From an uncultured delta proteobacterium (GTDB lineage: Bacteria; Desulfobacterota; Binatia; JACPRU01): DNA of 64,000 nucleotides. The stretch spans positions 192,001-256,000 of the forward strand of contig CAVUWD010000013.1 of the NCBI GenBank assembly GCA_963745025.1, read 5' to 3'. The stretch's first letter is position 1, and the number at the start of each line of letters is the position of its first letter. Shown here piece by piece: positions 44,865 to 54,502 of this stretch. Below the pieces are notes generated by a model. That model made no database searches. It worked only from the letters and a program-made list of their open reading frames with translations, and was not told where the DNA came from. The position numbers were made by a program, and so were the translations under genes.

Positions 44865-45536
44865 ATGATGCGAAAGACGGATGACCAAATTCGCAAGGAA
44901 GTGCTCGACGAGCTCGAGTGGGACAGCCGGCTCGCCTCGTCCGAGATCGGCGCCCACGTGAGAGACGGCGTGGTGACGCTGATCGGGACGACCGGGAGCT
45001 ATGCCGCAAAGCTCGCGGCCGAGGAGGGCGCGCACCGCATCCCCGGTGTGCTCGACGTGGCGAACGACATCCAGGTGAGGACCGTGGGCAAGGCCGCGCG
45101 CAGCGACAGCGAGCTCGCCCAGGCCGTGCGGCGAACGCTCGAGTGGGATGCGCTCGTCGACGACGAGAGCATCCATTCGACCGTGTCGGACGGCTGGGTG
45201 ACTCTCAGCGGCACGGTCGATCGGCTGCGTGAGCGCGAAGATGCGGAACGCGCGGTGCGACATCTCACCGGTGTCCGCGGCGTCACCAACGCGATCGAGG
45301 TCCTCGGCCCGCCGCCGAACGCGGAGAAGCTCCGCGAAAAGCTTCTCGGTGCTCTCGAACGGCGCGCGCGCCGCGAAGCGCGACACATTCGCGTGCAGGT
45401 GGAGGAGCATTCGGTGACGCTGTCCGGTAAGGTCGACTCCTGGCTCGAGAAGCGCGCCGTGCTCGGCATCGTGTCTCACACGCCCGGCGTCCGGCGAGTC
45501 AACGACGCTCTCGAAGTCGATCCGTACCACTCCTAG
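44865..45536 (+). CDS. triple BON-domain protein
   Basis: Three repeats of 'D..I...V...L.WD...G.VTL.G.V...GV..V.N'. Confidence 0.92.
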   Translation: MMRKTDDQIRKEVLDELEWDSRLASSEIGAHVRDGVVTLIGTTGSYAAKLAAEEGAHRIPGVLDVANDIQVRTVGKAARSDSELAQAVRRTLEWDALVDDESIHSTVSDGWVTLSGTVDRLREREDAERAVRHLTGVRGVTNAIEVLGPPPNAEKLREKLLGALERRARREARHIRVQVEEHSVTLSGKVDSWLEKRAVLGIVSHTPGVRRVNDALEVDPYHS

Positions 45537-45544
45537 AGCCAAGG

Positions 45545-46828
45545 GTGCGCGTCGCTTCCGAAACGCCCGCCTCGATTGCGCTCGGCATCCGCGCGAACCT
45601 CGCACAGTTCGTACTGCTCGTCGTCGTCAATGCCTTCGTCGGCGCGATGGTGGGGATGGAGCGCAGCATCCTGCCGGCGATCGCCGAGCAGGACTTCCAT
45701 CTCGCGGCACGGACCGCGATCCTCTCCTTCATCGTCGTTTTCGGGGTCACCAAGGCGCTGACGAACTATCTCGCCGGCCGGCTGTCGGACGTGTACGGTC
45801 GAAAGGCGATCCTCGTCGGCGGCTGGCTGGTCGCGGGCCCGGTGCCGTTTCTGCTCATGTGGGCGCCCTCCTGGAGGTGGGTGCTGATTGCCAACGGGCT
45901 GCTCGGAGTCAGTCAGGGGCTCACGTGGTCCACCACGGTGATCATGAAGATCGATCTCGCCGGGCCGAAAAGCCGCGGGCTCGCGATGGGGCTGAACGAG
46001 TTTGCCGGCTACCTCGCCGTCGCTGCGTCCGCTCTCGCGACGGGCTACATCGCCTCCCGCTTCGGCCTGCGGCCAGAGCCCTTCTATCTGGGGATCGGCT
46101 TCGTCGCCGGCGGTCTCGTGCTCTCTGCGGCCTTTGTTCGCGAGACCCACCACCACGTTTGCCACGAGGCGAAGCTCGACGGTGGGCTCCTTCCGGAAGA
46201 GATTCCGTCACCCCGCGCGGTATTCGCGCGCACCTCGCTCGGCGACCGCGACCTCTCGGCAGTGAGCCAAGCGGGGCTGGTCAACAACCTGAACGACGGG
46301 ATGGCCTGGGGGCTGTTCCCCCTGTTCTTCGCCGCCTCGGGCATGACTCTCGCCGAGATCGGCTGGCTCGCCGCCATCTATCCCGGGGTGTGGGGCATCG
46401 GGCAGCTCTGCACCGGCGTGTTGTCCGACCGCGTCGGCCGCAAATCGCTCATCGTCGGCGGCATGTGGGCACAGGCGCTCGGAATCGTCGTGACGGTGCT
46501 CTCGAAGACGTTTCTCGGCTTTGCCACGGGCGGTCTGTTCCTCGGCGTCGGTACCGCCATGGTGTACCCGACCTTGCTCGCCGCGATCGGTGACGTGGCG
46601 CACCCGACGTGGCGCGCCTCGGCCGTCGGGGTCTACCGCCTCTGGCGCGATCTCGGATACGCAGTGGGCGCCCTCCTCGCCGGCGTCGTGGCCGACGCGC
46701 TCGGGGTTGCCACGGCGATCTGGACGATTGCGCTGCTGACGTTCGGGTCGGGCCTTGTCGTTGCCTTCCGCATGAGCGAGACATTGGCGAGGGCGAGGAC
46801 TGCTGCCGCCCAGGGACGGACGGCTTGA
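45545..46828 (+). CDS. MFS transporter
   Basis: About 12 TM segments; 'GRLSDVYGRK' and 'LSDRVGRK' motif A. Confidence 0.93.
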   Translation: MRVASETPASIALGIRANLAQFVLLVVVNAFVGAMVGMERSILPAIAEQDFHLAARTAILSFIVVFGVTKALTNYLAGRLSDVYGRKAILVGGWLVAGPVPFLLMWAPSWRWVLIANGLLGVSQGLTWSTTVIMKIDLAGPKSRGLAMGLNEFAGYLAVAASALATGYIASRFGLRPEPFYLGIGFVAGGLVLSAAFVRETHHHVCHEAKLDGGLLPEEIPSPRAVFARTSLGDRDLSAVSQAGLVNNLNDGMAWGLFPLFFAASGMTLAEIGWLAAIYPGVWGIGQLCTGVLSDRVGRKSLIVGGMWAQALGIVVTVLSKTFLGFATGGLFLGVGTAMVYPTLLAAIGDVAHPTWRASAVGVYRLWRDLGYAVGALLAGVVADALGVATAIWTIALLTFGSGLVVAFRMSETLARARTAAAQGRTA

Positions 46829-47709
46829 TGCGCTGGGTGCTTCTGTCGCTCTTGCTTGCGGGTGTGGCGTCCGCGGCAGGGCCGGTCGATAAATCCGAGA
46901 TCGAGCGTGGGCGTAAGCTGTACGTCCTCGACTGTGCTCGCTGCCACGGCAACGGCGCCACCGGCGATGGTCCAGACGGACGCGCGCTCGAAGCCCGTCC
47001 CGCGGACCTCCGCCGCGGTGACGTCCTCGGCACGCACACCGACGAGCAGCTCATCACCCGCATTCGCGAGGGTCAGCCGAGACTCCGGCTCGTGTTGCCG
47101 ATGCCGCGCCGATCGAGCGAGACCGAAGCGATCGAGGAATTCCTGCGCAGTATCCCGTCCGTTCGCTGGCCGCTCGCAGATACCGGTCGCGCGCTCTATC
47201 TCAGTCGCTGCGACGACTGTCACGGACGCTACGGACACGGCGACGGCGCGGCGCTGGATCGATCGCGTCGCGCTCCGCGCGACCTTTCGGATCCGAGCTT
47301 CCAGCATCAGGTGACGGATCGAGAACTCGCTCTGTTGGTTCGCCATGCGAAGCCGGGAATGCCCAAGCTTCACCCTCCACCGAGTGAAGCGGAGGCACCT
47401 CCGCTCGTGAGCTTCGTCCGGCTTCTCTCTCCGGGCTACGAACTCTATTACCGCTACTGTGTCACCTGCCACGGTCCTCACGGAAGAAGCGGCGAGACCA
47501 AAGCCGGTGGGCGGCCGCGCTTCGTCTTCGACGAGCGCTACTTCCGCAGCCTCTACGCCGAGGATCTTCGCGAGCGGATCTGGCACATGCTACGCGGCGT
47601 GAAGCCCGAGATGCCGCACTTGGAGGCCGCGCTCACCATCGGCGAAGTCAAGGCGATCCTCGCCTACCTGCGATCGCTTCCCAAGCTTCCGACAGGGGCG
47701 CCGGGCTAG
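46828..47709 (+). CDS. tri-haem cytochrome c, paralog 2
   Basis: Signal peptide MRWVLLSLLLAG; CARCH, CDDCH, CVTCH. Confidence 0.9.
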   Translation: MRWVLLSLLLAGVASAAGPVDKSEIERGRKLYVLDCARCHGNGATGDGPDGRALEARPADLRRGDVLGTHTDEQLITRIREGQPRLRLVLPMPRRSSETEAIEEFLRSIPSVRWPLADTGRALYLSRCDDCHGRYGHGDGAALDRSRRAPRDLSDPSFQHQVTDRELALLVRHAKPGMPKLHPPPSEAEAPPLVSFVRLLSPGYELYYRYCVTCHGPHGRSGETKAGGRPRFVFDERYFRSLYAEDLRERIWHMLRGVKPEMPHLEAALTIGEVKAILAYLRSLPKLPTGAPG

Positions 47710-47744
47710 GGGTCTATCACCCTACGTTCGCAGAAGAGAACAGC

Positions 47745-47963
47745 GCGGTCGGTTGTGATCGGCCCGTACTCGGGTCGATCACAACCGACCGCAACGGCGC
47801 GAAGCGCCGAAGACAATAACCCGCGAGGTGGGCTATTGCCTCCGCGCTTGCGCAACGGCGCGAAGCGCCGAAGGCAATAACCCGCGAGGTGGGCTATTCG
47901 CGCTTGCGCGCGGTGGCTTGATCTTCCGGTCGACCCGAGTACGGGCCGACCGGAAGATCAAGC
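47745..47963. repeat. three-hairpin intergenic repeat, copy B (central module duplicated)
   Basis: Stems 47745-47792 (loop GTACTC) and 47916-47963 (loop GAGTAC); central unit repeated at 47790 and 47851 (61-bp period). Confidence 0.9.
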
Positions 47964-48037
47964 GCTTGACGGATTTCCGAAGTTCTTGGCGAAGACTTAG
48001 GCCTTGCGTAAGGCGTTTTGGACGGACTCCATCAACC

Positions 48038-49036
48038 TCACGCCCCTTGAGCGAGCTGTGCGAGCTGTCCCAGGCTCGTGCGCTCGCCAATCACCACCAG
48101 GTAGTCGCCCTCGCTGACCGGGGTCGAACCGTCGGGCGTGATGCGCGTCGGCTCCCCGTTCCGCTTGAGCGCGACGATGCGTAGGCGCGGACTCTGCTGC
48201 TCGAGCGCGCCTATCGTGCGCCCGACCATCGCGCATGCCGCGGCTACGCGGATTTCCTCGAGCGCGACGTCCTCCTCGCCGCGCCCGAGCGTCGAGATCT
48301 CGAGGAAGTCGACGACCGCGGGGCGAAGGATCGAGGCCGCGATCCGCGCCCCGCCGCTCTGGTAGGCGGAGATCACTTGAGTGGCTCCGGCGAGCCGCAG
48401 CCGGCGCGCGCCGGCTTCCGATTCCGCGCGCGAGTGGATGCGGATGCGGGAATTCCGCTCACGAGCGGAGAGCGTGATGAACACGTTGTCGGAGTCGGAC
48501 GGCGTGGCCACGACGATCGCGCGTGCTCGGTCCACGCCTGCGTGATCGAGCGTCTCGTCCAACAGCGCCGAGCCGATCAAGTAGGGAACGCCGAGCGAGG
48601 CGAGATCGTCCTTCTTGGCCGAATCGGTATCGATGATGACGAGGGGCGAACGACTGCGCAGCAGCTCCTCGACGACGGCCCGACCGAAACGGCCGAAGCC
48701 GCAAACGATCACGTGGTTTTCGAGCCTGGCGATCTCGCGTTCCATCACGTTCCTCCCGAAGACTTCGCGCAGTTCGCCCTCGATGACCAACTTGGCGAAC
48801 TGAGAGAGCAGATACAGGGCGGCCCCCACCCCGGTCATGATGAGGAAGACGGTGAAGAGCTTGCCCCCGGCGGTCACCGGGACCACGTCTCCGTATCCCA
48901 CCGTAGAGATCGTGACCATGGTGAGATAAAAGGCATTCACCACGGTCAGGCGCTCGAGCACCATGTAGCCGACCGTTCCGAGCACGATCAGCGCAAGGAG
49001 CGCCGCCAGCGGCGTCAGGAAGCGCCAGCGCAACAT
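48038..49036 (-). CDS. potassium channel with RCK (TrkA-N/C) domains
   Basis: TVGYGD selectivity filter; 'CGFGRFG'. Confidence 0.95.
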   Translation of the reverse strand: MLRWRFLTPLAALLALIVLGTVGYMVLERLTVVNAFYLTMVTISTVGYGDVVPVTAGGKLFTVFLIMTGVGAALYLLSQFAKLVIEGELREVFGRNVMEREIARLENHVIVCGFGRFGRAVVEELLRSRSPLVIIDTDSAKKDDLASLGVPYLIGSALLDETLDHAGVDRARAIVVATPSDSDNVFITLSARERNSRIRIHSRAESEAGARRLRLAGATQVISAYQSGGARIAASILRPAVVDFLEISTLGRGEEDVALEEIRVAAACAMVGRTIGALEQQSPRLRIVALKRNGEPTRITPDGSTPVSEGDYLVVIGERTSLGQLAQLAQGA

Positions 49037-49130
49037 GGTCGATCCTCGAGGTGCGGTGCCCCACGGGACGGGGCCAGATTCTCGGAAACGAGGACGATTC
49101 CGCCGTTCTTCTCCCACGGATGAGAAGATA

Positions 49131-49643
49131 TCACTCTTTTGTGGCGATGAGGGCGGCCATCATGCGGTTCTGTTCGCTGCTGGAGCGGGCACGCACCATC
49201 TCGAGAAGCGCCTCGTGATGCCGACCGATTTCGGCGCGGCGGGTTTCGGCGATGTCGGGGAAGCGAGCGATCGGTGAGCTTTGCAGCAGGGTCGTGTAGA
49301 TGATGTCCAACTCGCTGCTTTCCAAGGCAAGAGCGATTGCGAAGGCATCGTCCGGGGTTTCCGCGACCGTCGCCCGGGTTCGTAGCTCGCGGGCGAGCCG
49401 CTCGAGCTCACCGATCGTCTTGCCAAAATCCGCCAAGATCGGCTGTTCGGTGACCGGTCCCTGCTCGAGAAGTTGGCGCCAGGTGCCGAGCTTCTTGCCG
49501 TGCTTTCGCTCGTCCGCGGCCATGTTCGACCAAAACTGGTGAAGCACTGCGTCATCGGTGAACCGCGCGGCCAGAGTGTCGTAAATCTCGGCCGCGGCTT
49601 GTTCGATGCCTGCTGCCCTCCGCAGCAGCCGAACTGCCTCCAT
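49131..49643 (-). CDS. ferritin-like/rubrerythrin-like protein 1 (start uncertain)
   Basis: 'IEQAAAEIY', 'FW..MA.DERKH', 'ALESSE', 'E..RHH'. Confidence 0.7.
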   Translation of the reverse strand: MEAVRLLRRAAGIEQAAAEIYDTLAARFTDDAVLHQFWSNMAADERKHGKKLGTWRQLLEQGPVTEQPILADFGKTIGELERLARELRTRATVAETPDDAFAIALALESSELDIIYTTLLQSSPIARFPDIAETRRAEIGRHHEALLEMVRARSSSEQNRMMAALIATKE

Positions 49644-49670
49644 GTGGGCAGGCATTCCAAGATCCATGCC

Positions 49671-49685
49671 GGGCACGAGGGTTGC
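49671..49685 (+). promoter_or_regulatory. sigma54 promoter (acyltransferase)
   Basis: GGGCACGAGGGTTGC (GG-N10-GC). Confidence 0.55.
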
Positions 49686-49698
49686 TTGCTTCGAGCTC

Positions 49699-50571
49699 GT
49701 GAGTCCGAAGGCCGACGGTCAGCACAAGGCGGAAAACTCGTGGTCGACCCAAGCGACGATTCGCTTCGGTGACCTGCTGCGCCTCTATCACCGGCACCAG
49801 GTGCTGGGAATCGCCAATCTTCGCAGGGCGCTCGACGCCGACCGTCCCGTGCTTCTGATCGGCAATCACAGCATGGACGTTGCCGATCCCTTCATGCTCC
49901 GCGCGGCGATCTACCGTGAAACCGGGAGGCTCGTGCAGTTCATCGGCCACGAACTCTTGTTATTCCGCCTGCCCGGCATTCGCTCATTCGCAGCCGAGGC
50001 GGGCGTGATCCCGAGCCAGCATCTCGAGCTCGCGCTGCGTGTGCTCCGCGAGGATGGGATGCTGATGCTCTACCCGGGGGCGGGCTCGGAGGCGGCGTTG
50101 CGGTCGCGCCGGCGAGAGCCCTACCGGCTCAAATGGTACGAGCGGCTCGGCTTCGTCGAGCTCGCGCTTCGCAGCCAGGCGACGCTTCTCTTCGTCGCCG
50201 CGGTCGGTGTCGACGAAATGTTCTACCAGACGGACATGCGTGTTCCGTCCCGGCTTTTCGCGCTCGTCGACGGCACCTACCTCGAATCGTACCGCGGCTT
50301 GCGCCTCGAGGTGGGCAGCGCAGGTCTTCACCTGATACCGGGCATCTTCCCGTGGCCCGTGAAGGTCACGCACGAAATTTCAAGACCCCTGCGCCTCGAT
50401 CGGTCGATCGATGTGACCGACCGCGCTGCGCTCGAGAAGGGGCAGATCCGCATCTGGGCGAAGTGCCAGAAGCTCCTCGATCAGGCAGTCGCGGTGCGCG
50501 ATCGTCGATCGGACTGGCTCGACGCGGCACTGCGCCGCGGGGTGCGGGCGCTTCAGGCGATCGGACTCTGA
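49699..50571 (+). CDS. PlsC/DGAT-like acyltransferase (start uncertain)
   Basis: 'GNHSMDVAD', 'LYPG.G.EA', 'GFVELA'. Confidence 0.8.
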   Translation: MSPKADGQHKAENSWSTQATIRFGDLLRLYHRHQVLGIANLRRALDADRPVLLIGNHSMDVADPFMLRAAIYRETGRLVQFIGHELLLFRLPGIRSFAAEAGVIPSQHLELALRVLREDGMLMLYPGAGSEAALRSRRREPYRLKWYERLGFVELALRSQATLLFVAAVGVDEMFYQTDMRVPSRLFALVDGTYLESYRGLRLEVGSAGLHLIPGIFPWPVKVTHEISRPLRLDRSIDVTDRAALEKGQIRIWAKCQKLLDQAVAVRDRRSDWLDAALRRGVRALQAIGL

Positions 50572-50582
50572 ATGCACACCAA

Positions 50583-50597
50583 CGGCACGAACCTTGG
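50583..50597 (+). promoter_or_regulatory. sigma54-like promoter (Hsp20 remnant-CBS)
   Basis: CGGCACGAACCTTGG (GG at -12). Confidence 0.45.
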
Positions 50598-50638
50598 ACG
50601 GTCGTGGCCAGGACTTTGAAGCGAAAGTAGACACAATC

Positions 50639-50827
50639 ATGTCACTGATACGCTGGGATCCGTTTCGAGCGATTCGTCATCGAGCCGAATCCTTCGACGA
50701 ATTCTTTCGCCGCTTCGAACCTGCGTTGGCCCGCGGCGAGCCCAATGGCGAGTCGATGGAGCGCGCTACCGAGGTCGCCGGATCGGAGAACCAGGTGACC
50801 GTGAAGATGACCATTCCCGTCAGCTGA
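50639..50827 (+). pseudogene. Hsp20 N-terminal remnant
   Basis: 'MSLIRWDPFR...FDEFF...VTVKMTIP', then a stop. Confidence 0.7.
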
Positions 50828-50832
50828 GTGCC

Positions 50833-51264
50833 ATGACCAAGAAGCGTCCGCGCAAACCGATTCTCGTTCGGGACTGTATGAGCCGCCCTGCGATGACGTT
50901 GCGTGCCGACAGGAACGTGCTGGTGGCCAAGGAGATCATGGATTGGGGAAACGTCCGCCACGTTCCTGTCGTCGATCAAACCGGGGCCGTCGTCGGGCTC
51001 GTCAGCCAGCGGGACGTGCTTCACGCTTCGCTGTCCTCGGTGGAGGCGATTCCGGATGCCGCGCGGAACCTCAGTCTTTGTACGATCGAGGTACGCAAGG
51101 TCATGCGTTCGCCGGTGCGCACGATCGCGCCGGATGCGCCGGTTCAAGAAGCGGCCCGCATCATGCGTCGCCAGAAGGTCGGCTGCCTGCCGGTCGTAGA
51201 CCAGGGAAAGCTCGTCGGCATCGTCTCCGAGCACGACCTCCTCCGTCTGGTCGAGGAGCTCTGA
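50833..51264 (+). CDS. stand-alone CBS-pair protein
   Basis: 'VRDCMS', 'VRHVPVVD..VGLVSQRD', 'GCLPVV..LVGIVSEHD'. Confidence 0.93.
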   Translation: MTKKRPRKPILVRDCMSRPAMTLRADRNVLVAKEIMDWGNVRHVPVVDQTGAVVGLVSQRDVLHASLSSVEAIPDAARNLSLCTIEVRKVMRSPVRTIAPDAPVQEAARIMRRQKVGCLPVVDQGKLVGIVSEHDLLRLVEEL

Positions 51265-51408
51265 GCTACTAGTTCCGAGAATCGTCGCGCCACGCAAAGA
51301 ATTTTGGGGAACCTGTGACAAATTTCGGCACTTGGGTTGCGGGCGTCAGCCCGCGCTAAGGGGTAACGCCTTCCGTTGCCGTACGAGGGCTGCGGTATGC
51401 TGGAGAAC

Positions 51409-51599
51409 GCGGCTGGTTTGTGGTCGGATCCGTACTCGGGTCGACCGCAAATCAGCCGCCACCGCGCGAAAGCGCGGAACGCAATAACACTCGAGGCTGG
51501 TCTATTGCTTTCCGCGCGCCGCGCGGTGGCTGGAGTTTCCGGCCGGGACGAGTACATCCCAACCGGAGACTCCAGCGCTTCTCGGAATTCGCAGCGATC
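51409..51599. repeat. three-hairpin intergenic repeat, copy C
   Basis: Stems 51409-51459 (GTACTC) and 51529-51576 (GAGTAC); tail 51577-51599 is the exact reverse complement of 23648-23670. Confidence 0.9.
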
Positions 51600-51635
51600 G
51601 TGCAGAGACTTGGATACCTCTGAACGCTCGCGCCG

Positions 51636-53633
51636 TTACGCCCGCTCTGCCGTGAGAGCCCGGTAGATTTCCGGGAGGCGGAGCGGAAGCTCGGCGACGG
51701 CGGCGACGACGGCATAGCCGTGCGGCCCGAACATGTGCGGCAGATACGCGGATCCTTCACGGTCGACCGTCAAGCAAAACACGCTGAGGCCTTGCAGGCG
51801 CGCTTCGGCGACGGCTTGCCGAGTGTCTTCGATGCCGTAGCGTCCCTCGTACTCGTCCTCGTCGTTCGGCTTGCCGTCGGAGAGCAGGAAGAGCAGACGC
51901 ACACGGCTGCGCTGCCGCGCGAGGAGCCCGGTGAGGTGGCGGATCGGTGCCCCGAGGCGGGTGTACGCGGAGCCGGAAAGACCGCCGATTCGCGCTCGCG
52001 CCGCGTCGCCGTAGCGCTCCTCGAGCGCCTTGGCACGCTCCACCCGGACGTCGCGCGCCCCGCGTCCCGAGAATGCGTAGATACCGTAGCGGTCGCCGAG
52101 CGACTCGAGGGCCTCGCAGAAAACTAGCGTCGCCTGCTTCTCCACCTCGAGCACGGTTCGGCCGCCGCTCACCCACGAGTCCGTCGAGCCGCTCGCATCG
52201 ACGAGGAAGGCGACCGTCACGTCGCGCCGTAGCGGATGCTCGGCGAGGTAGAGGCGTTCGCTCGGCGTCCGGCTCGCCGAGCGGTCCGCGAAGTCTTCGA
52301 CGAACGCGTCGAGATCGATCTCGTCTCCGTCGCGCTCGCGCGGCCGCCGCTCGCGCCGCGGCCGCAACCTCTCGAAACGTCGCCGCAACCCTGCCAGCAG
52401 CGGGCGATGCTCCTCGAGCACACGCAGGCTCCACGATAGCTCGCCCGGAGCTGCGGCGACCTCACGAACGGCACAGTAGGCTCGCCGATAGCGATCCGTT
52501 CGGTAGTCCCATTCAGGGTAGCGAAGGCCAAGCGCGTCGGAAGGCGCGGCGTTTGTCGGTTCGGTCGTGCTCCGCGCCCGCTCGCTCTCGGATTCGAGCG
52601 CCTCGTGGACCCGAGCGGAGGAGCGTATGCGAGGGAGCCGCCCGAGCCGCTCGAGCTCCTCGGCGAGCGCCTCGAGGTCGATGTCCTCGTCGCGGTCCTC
52701 GGGCCTACGGAGGCCCGCCGGATCCTGGATCGACTGTGGCGGATCGCCGAACGGAACGAAGAAAGGCCCCGACCGGGAATTCTGTTCCTCCTCGTCGACC
52801 TCGCGTGCCTCGAGCCGGCGACCGAGACGCCGCGAGCGGAGGGGGCGAGTGCGCGGCGCCGTCGGCGGTGACGGGTCTCGCCTCCGTTCGCCTGCGGAGA
52901 CGAGGTCGGGCCGCGGAGATCCCCAATGCGGAACCGGCGCCATGCCTCGATAGGGCCCGGCAAAGCGTGGCTCGCGTGTCAGCCGGGTCGCCCATTCGGC
53001 CGCCTGGGGCGCCTCGCGCTCGATGCGGGCGGCGCCCGCGAGAAAGTCGCGGACGATCTCTTCGACGGCGCGCTCGGCAGCGGAGAGCGAATCGAGAGGT
53101 GGCCGGCGCTCGAGCGCCATTCGTCGGGCGGCGCCGACCTGGGGCTCGAGGCCGGGGAGCTCGACGGTGAGCCAGGCATCGATGCGCGCACCGTCCGCCG
53201 CCCAGAAAAGATCACGCGCCGGCGCCGGCGCCGGACAGACCTCGATGGAGCCGCCGGCGAGCCGTGCGCCGAGCGACAGGGCGATGAGACGGAAGAGCCC
53301 GCGATCCTCCGCCTCGGTTCCGAAGATCTCGAGCCATCGTGGCAGGAAGATCTGCGTGCCATCGGTGAAGCCGGTCGGCTCGGGCGTGATCTCCCATGGC
53401 GCGGGAGTGCCGAGCCGGCGGGCCAGCCAGCCCGCGCGCGGCGGGGGATCGCTCGGCACCAGCGGCCACTGACCTCCGAAGCACGCCCTCAGCAGGAAGC
53501 CCAGCCGACGCTCGAGCTCTTCGAGCGTGGCTCCGCGCGCCCGCGCGGGTGCCTGATGCCGCCGCCACAGGGATCGCGCGGCTTCGGTTGCGCGCTCGGC
53601 CGCGTCGAGGAGAACGTCTTCGGCCTCGGGCAT
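51636..53633 (-). CDS. norD: NorD (vWA domain)
   Basis: 'YPEWDYR', MIDAS 'DASGST', 'YTRLG..IRH', 'SDGKPND..YEG.YG.EDTR'. Confidence 0.93.
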   Translation of the reverse strand: MPEAEDVLLDAAERATEAARSLWRRHQAPARARGATLEELERRLGFLLRACFGGQWPLVPSDPPPRAGWLARRLGTPAPWEITPEPTGFTDGTQIFLPRWLEIFGTEAEDRGLFRLIALSLGARLAGGSIEVCPAPAPARDLFWAADGARIDAWLTVELPGLEPQVGAARRMALERRPPLDSLSAAERAVEEIVRDFLAGAARIEREAPQAAEWATRLTREPRFAGPYRGMAPVPHWGSPRPDLVSAGERRRDPSPPTAPRTRPLRSRRLGRRLEAREVDEEEQNSRSGPFFVPFGDPPQSIQDPAGLRRPEDRDEDIDLEALAEELERLGRLPRIRSSARVHEALESESERARSTTEPTNAAPSDALGLRYPEWDYRTDRYRRAYCAVREVAAAPGELSWSLRVLEEHRPLLAGLRRRFERLRPRRERRPRERDGDEIDLDAFVEDFADRSASRTPSERLYLAEHPLRRDVTVAFLVDASGSTDSWVSGGRTVLEVEKQATLVFCEALESLGDRYGIYAFSGRGARDVRVERAKALEERYGDAARARIGGLSGSAYTRLGAPIRHLTGLLARQRSRVRLLFLLSDGKPNDEDEYEGRYGIEDTRQAVAEARLQGLSVFCLTVDREGSAYLPHMFGPHGYAVVAAVAELPLRLPEIYRALTAERA

Positions 53634-53659
53634 CGCTAGTGTCCCGTCCTCTCGGCCCC

Positions 53660-54502
53660 TCAGGCAAGGACGGCCGCGATCACTTCCGAAACCGCCGCGA
53701 GTAGATCCGGATCATCGGAGAGCGGTCCGGCGATGGCCACCTCGCATGCGCGGCGCGGCTCGACACCGCCGGCGATCAGGCAGGCGGCGTGGACGAGCAG
53801 TCGCGTGCTCGCGACCTCGACGAGCCCGCGGTCGCGCAGTCGCCGCACGCGCTCGGCGAGCTTGACCAGGCCCGCTGCGATCGGCCTCTCCACGCCCGCC
53901 TCACGACCTACGATCTCGATCTCGTCGTCGGGCTTGGGAAAGTCGAAGTCGATGGTGACGAAGCGCTGGCGAGTGGAAGGCTTCAGGTCCTTCATCACGT
54001 TTTGATAGCCGGGATTGTACGACACCACGAGCTGGAAGTCGGGATCCGCTGCGACGAGCTCTCCCGCCTTCTCGACGGGAAGCACGCGCCGGTCGTCGGT
54101 GAGCGGATGGATGACGACGACCGTGTCCTGGCGCGCCTCGACGATCTCGTCGAGATAGCAGATCGCGCCGCTCCGCGCGGCGAGCGTCAGCGGGCCGTCC
54201 TGCCACACGGTCTCGCCTCCGTGCACGAGAAAGCGACCCGTGAGATCGTTGGCGGAAAGGTCGTCGTGGCAGGCGACCGTGACGAGCGGGCGACCGAGAC
54301 GCCACGCCATGTGGCGAACGAAGCGGGTCTTGCCGCAGCCAGTCGGCCCCTTGAGCATGATCGGCAAGCGCCGGAGGTGCGCGGCGACGAAGACCTCGAT
54401 CTCGTCGCCTCGCGGCCGGTAGTAGGGCTCCTCCGAGGGGCGTTCGAGCGCCCGCTCGCGCTCCGGGCTCGAAAGCTCGTGAATCGGCCGCCGTGCGTTC
54501 AC
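53660..54502 (-). CDS. norQ: NorQ/CbbQ AAA+ ATPase
   Basis: '[12 protein letters not shown]', 'CHDDL', 'YLDEIVEAR', 'SYNPGYQ', 'LKPSTRQRF'. Confidence 0.96.
   Translation of the reverse strand: MNARRPIHELSSPERERALERPSEEPYYRPRGDEIEVFVAAHLRRLPIMLKGPTGCGKTRFVRHMAWRLGRPLVTVACHDDLSANDLTGRFLVHGGETVWQDGPLTLAARSGAICYLDEIVEARQDTVVVIHPLTDDRRVLPVEKAGELVAADPDFQLVVSYNPGYQNVMKDLKPSTRQRFVTIDFDFPKPDDEIEIVGREAGVERPIAAGLVKLAERVRRLRDRGLVEVASTRLLVHAACLIAGGVEPRRACEVAIAGPLSDDPDLLAAVSEVIAAVLA

Noticed and set aside
47790-47912. Possible mini-CRISPR
   Set aside because: Only two adjacent near-identical units with no unique spacers and no cas genes; part of the three-hairpin repeat.
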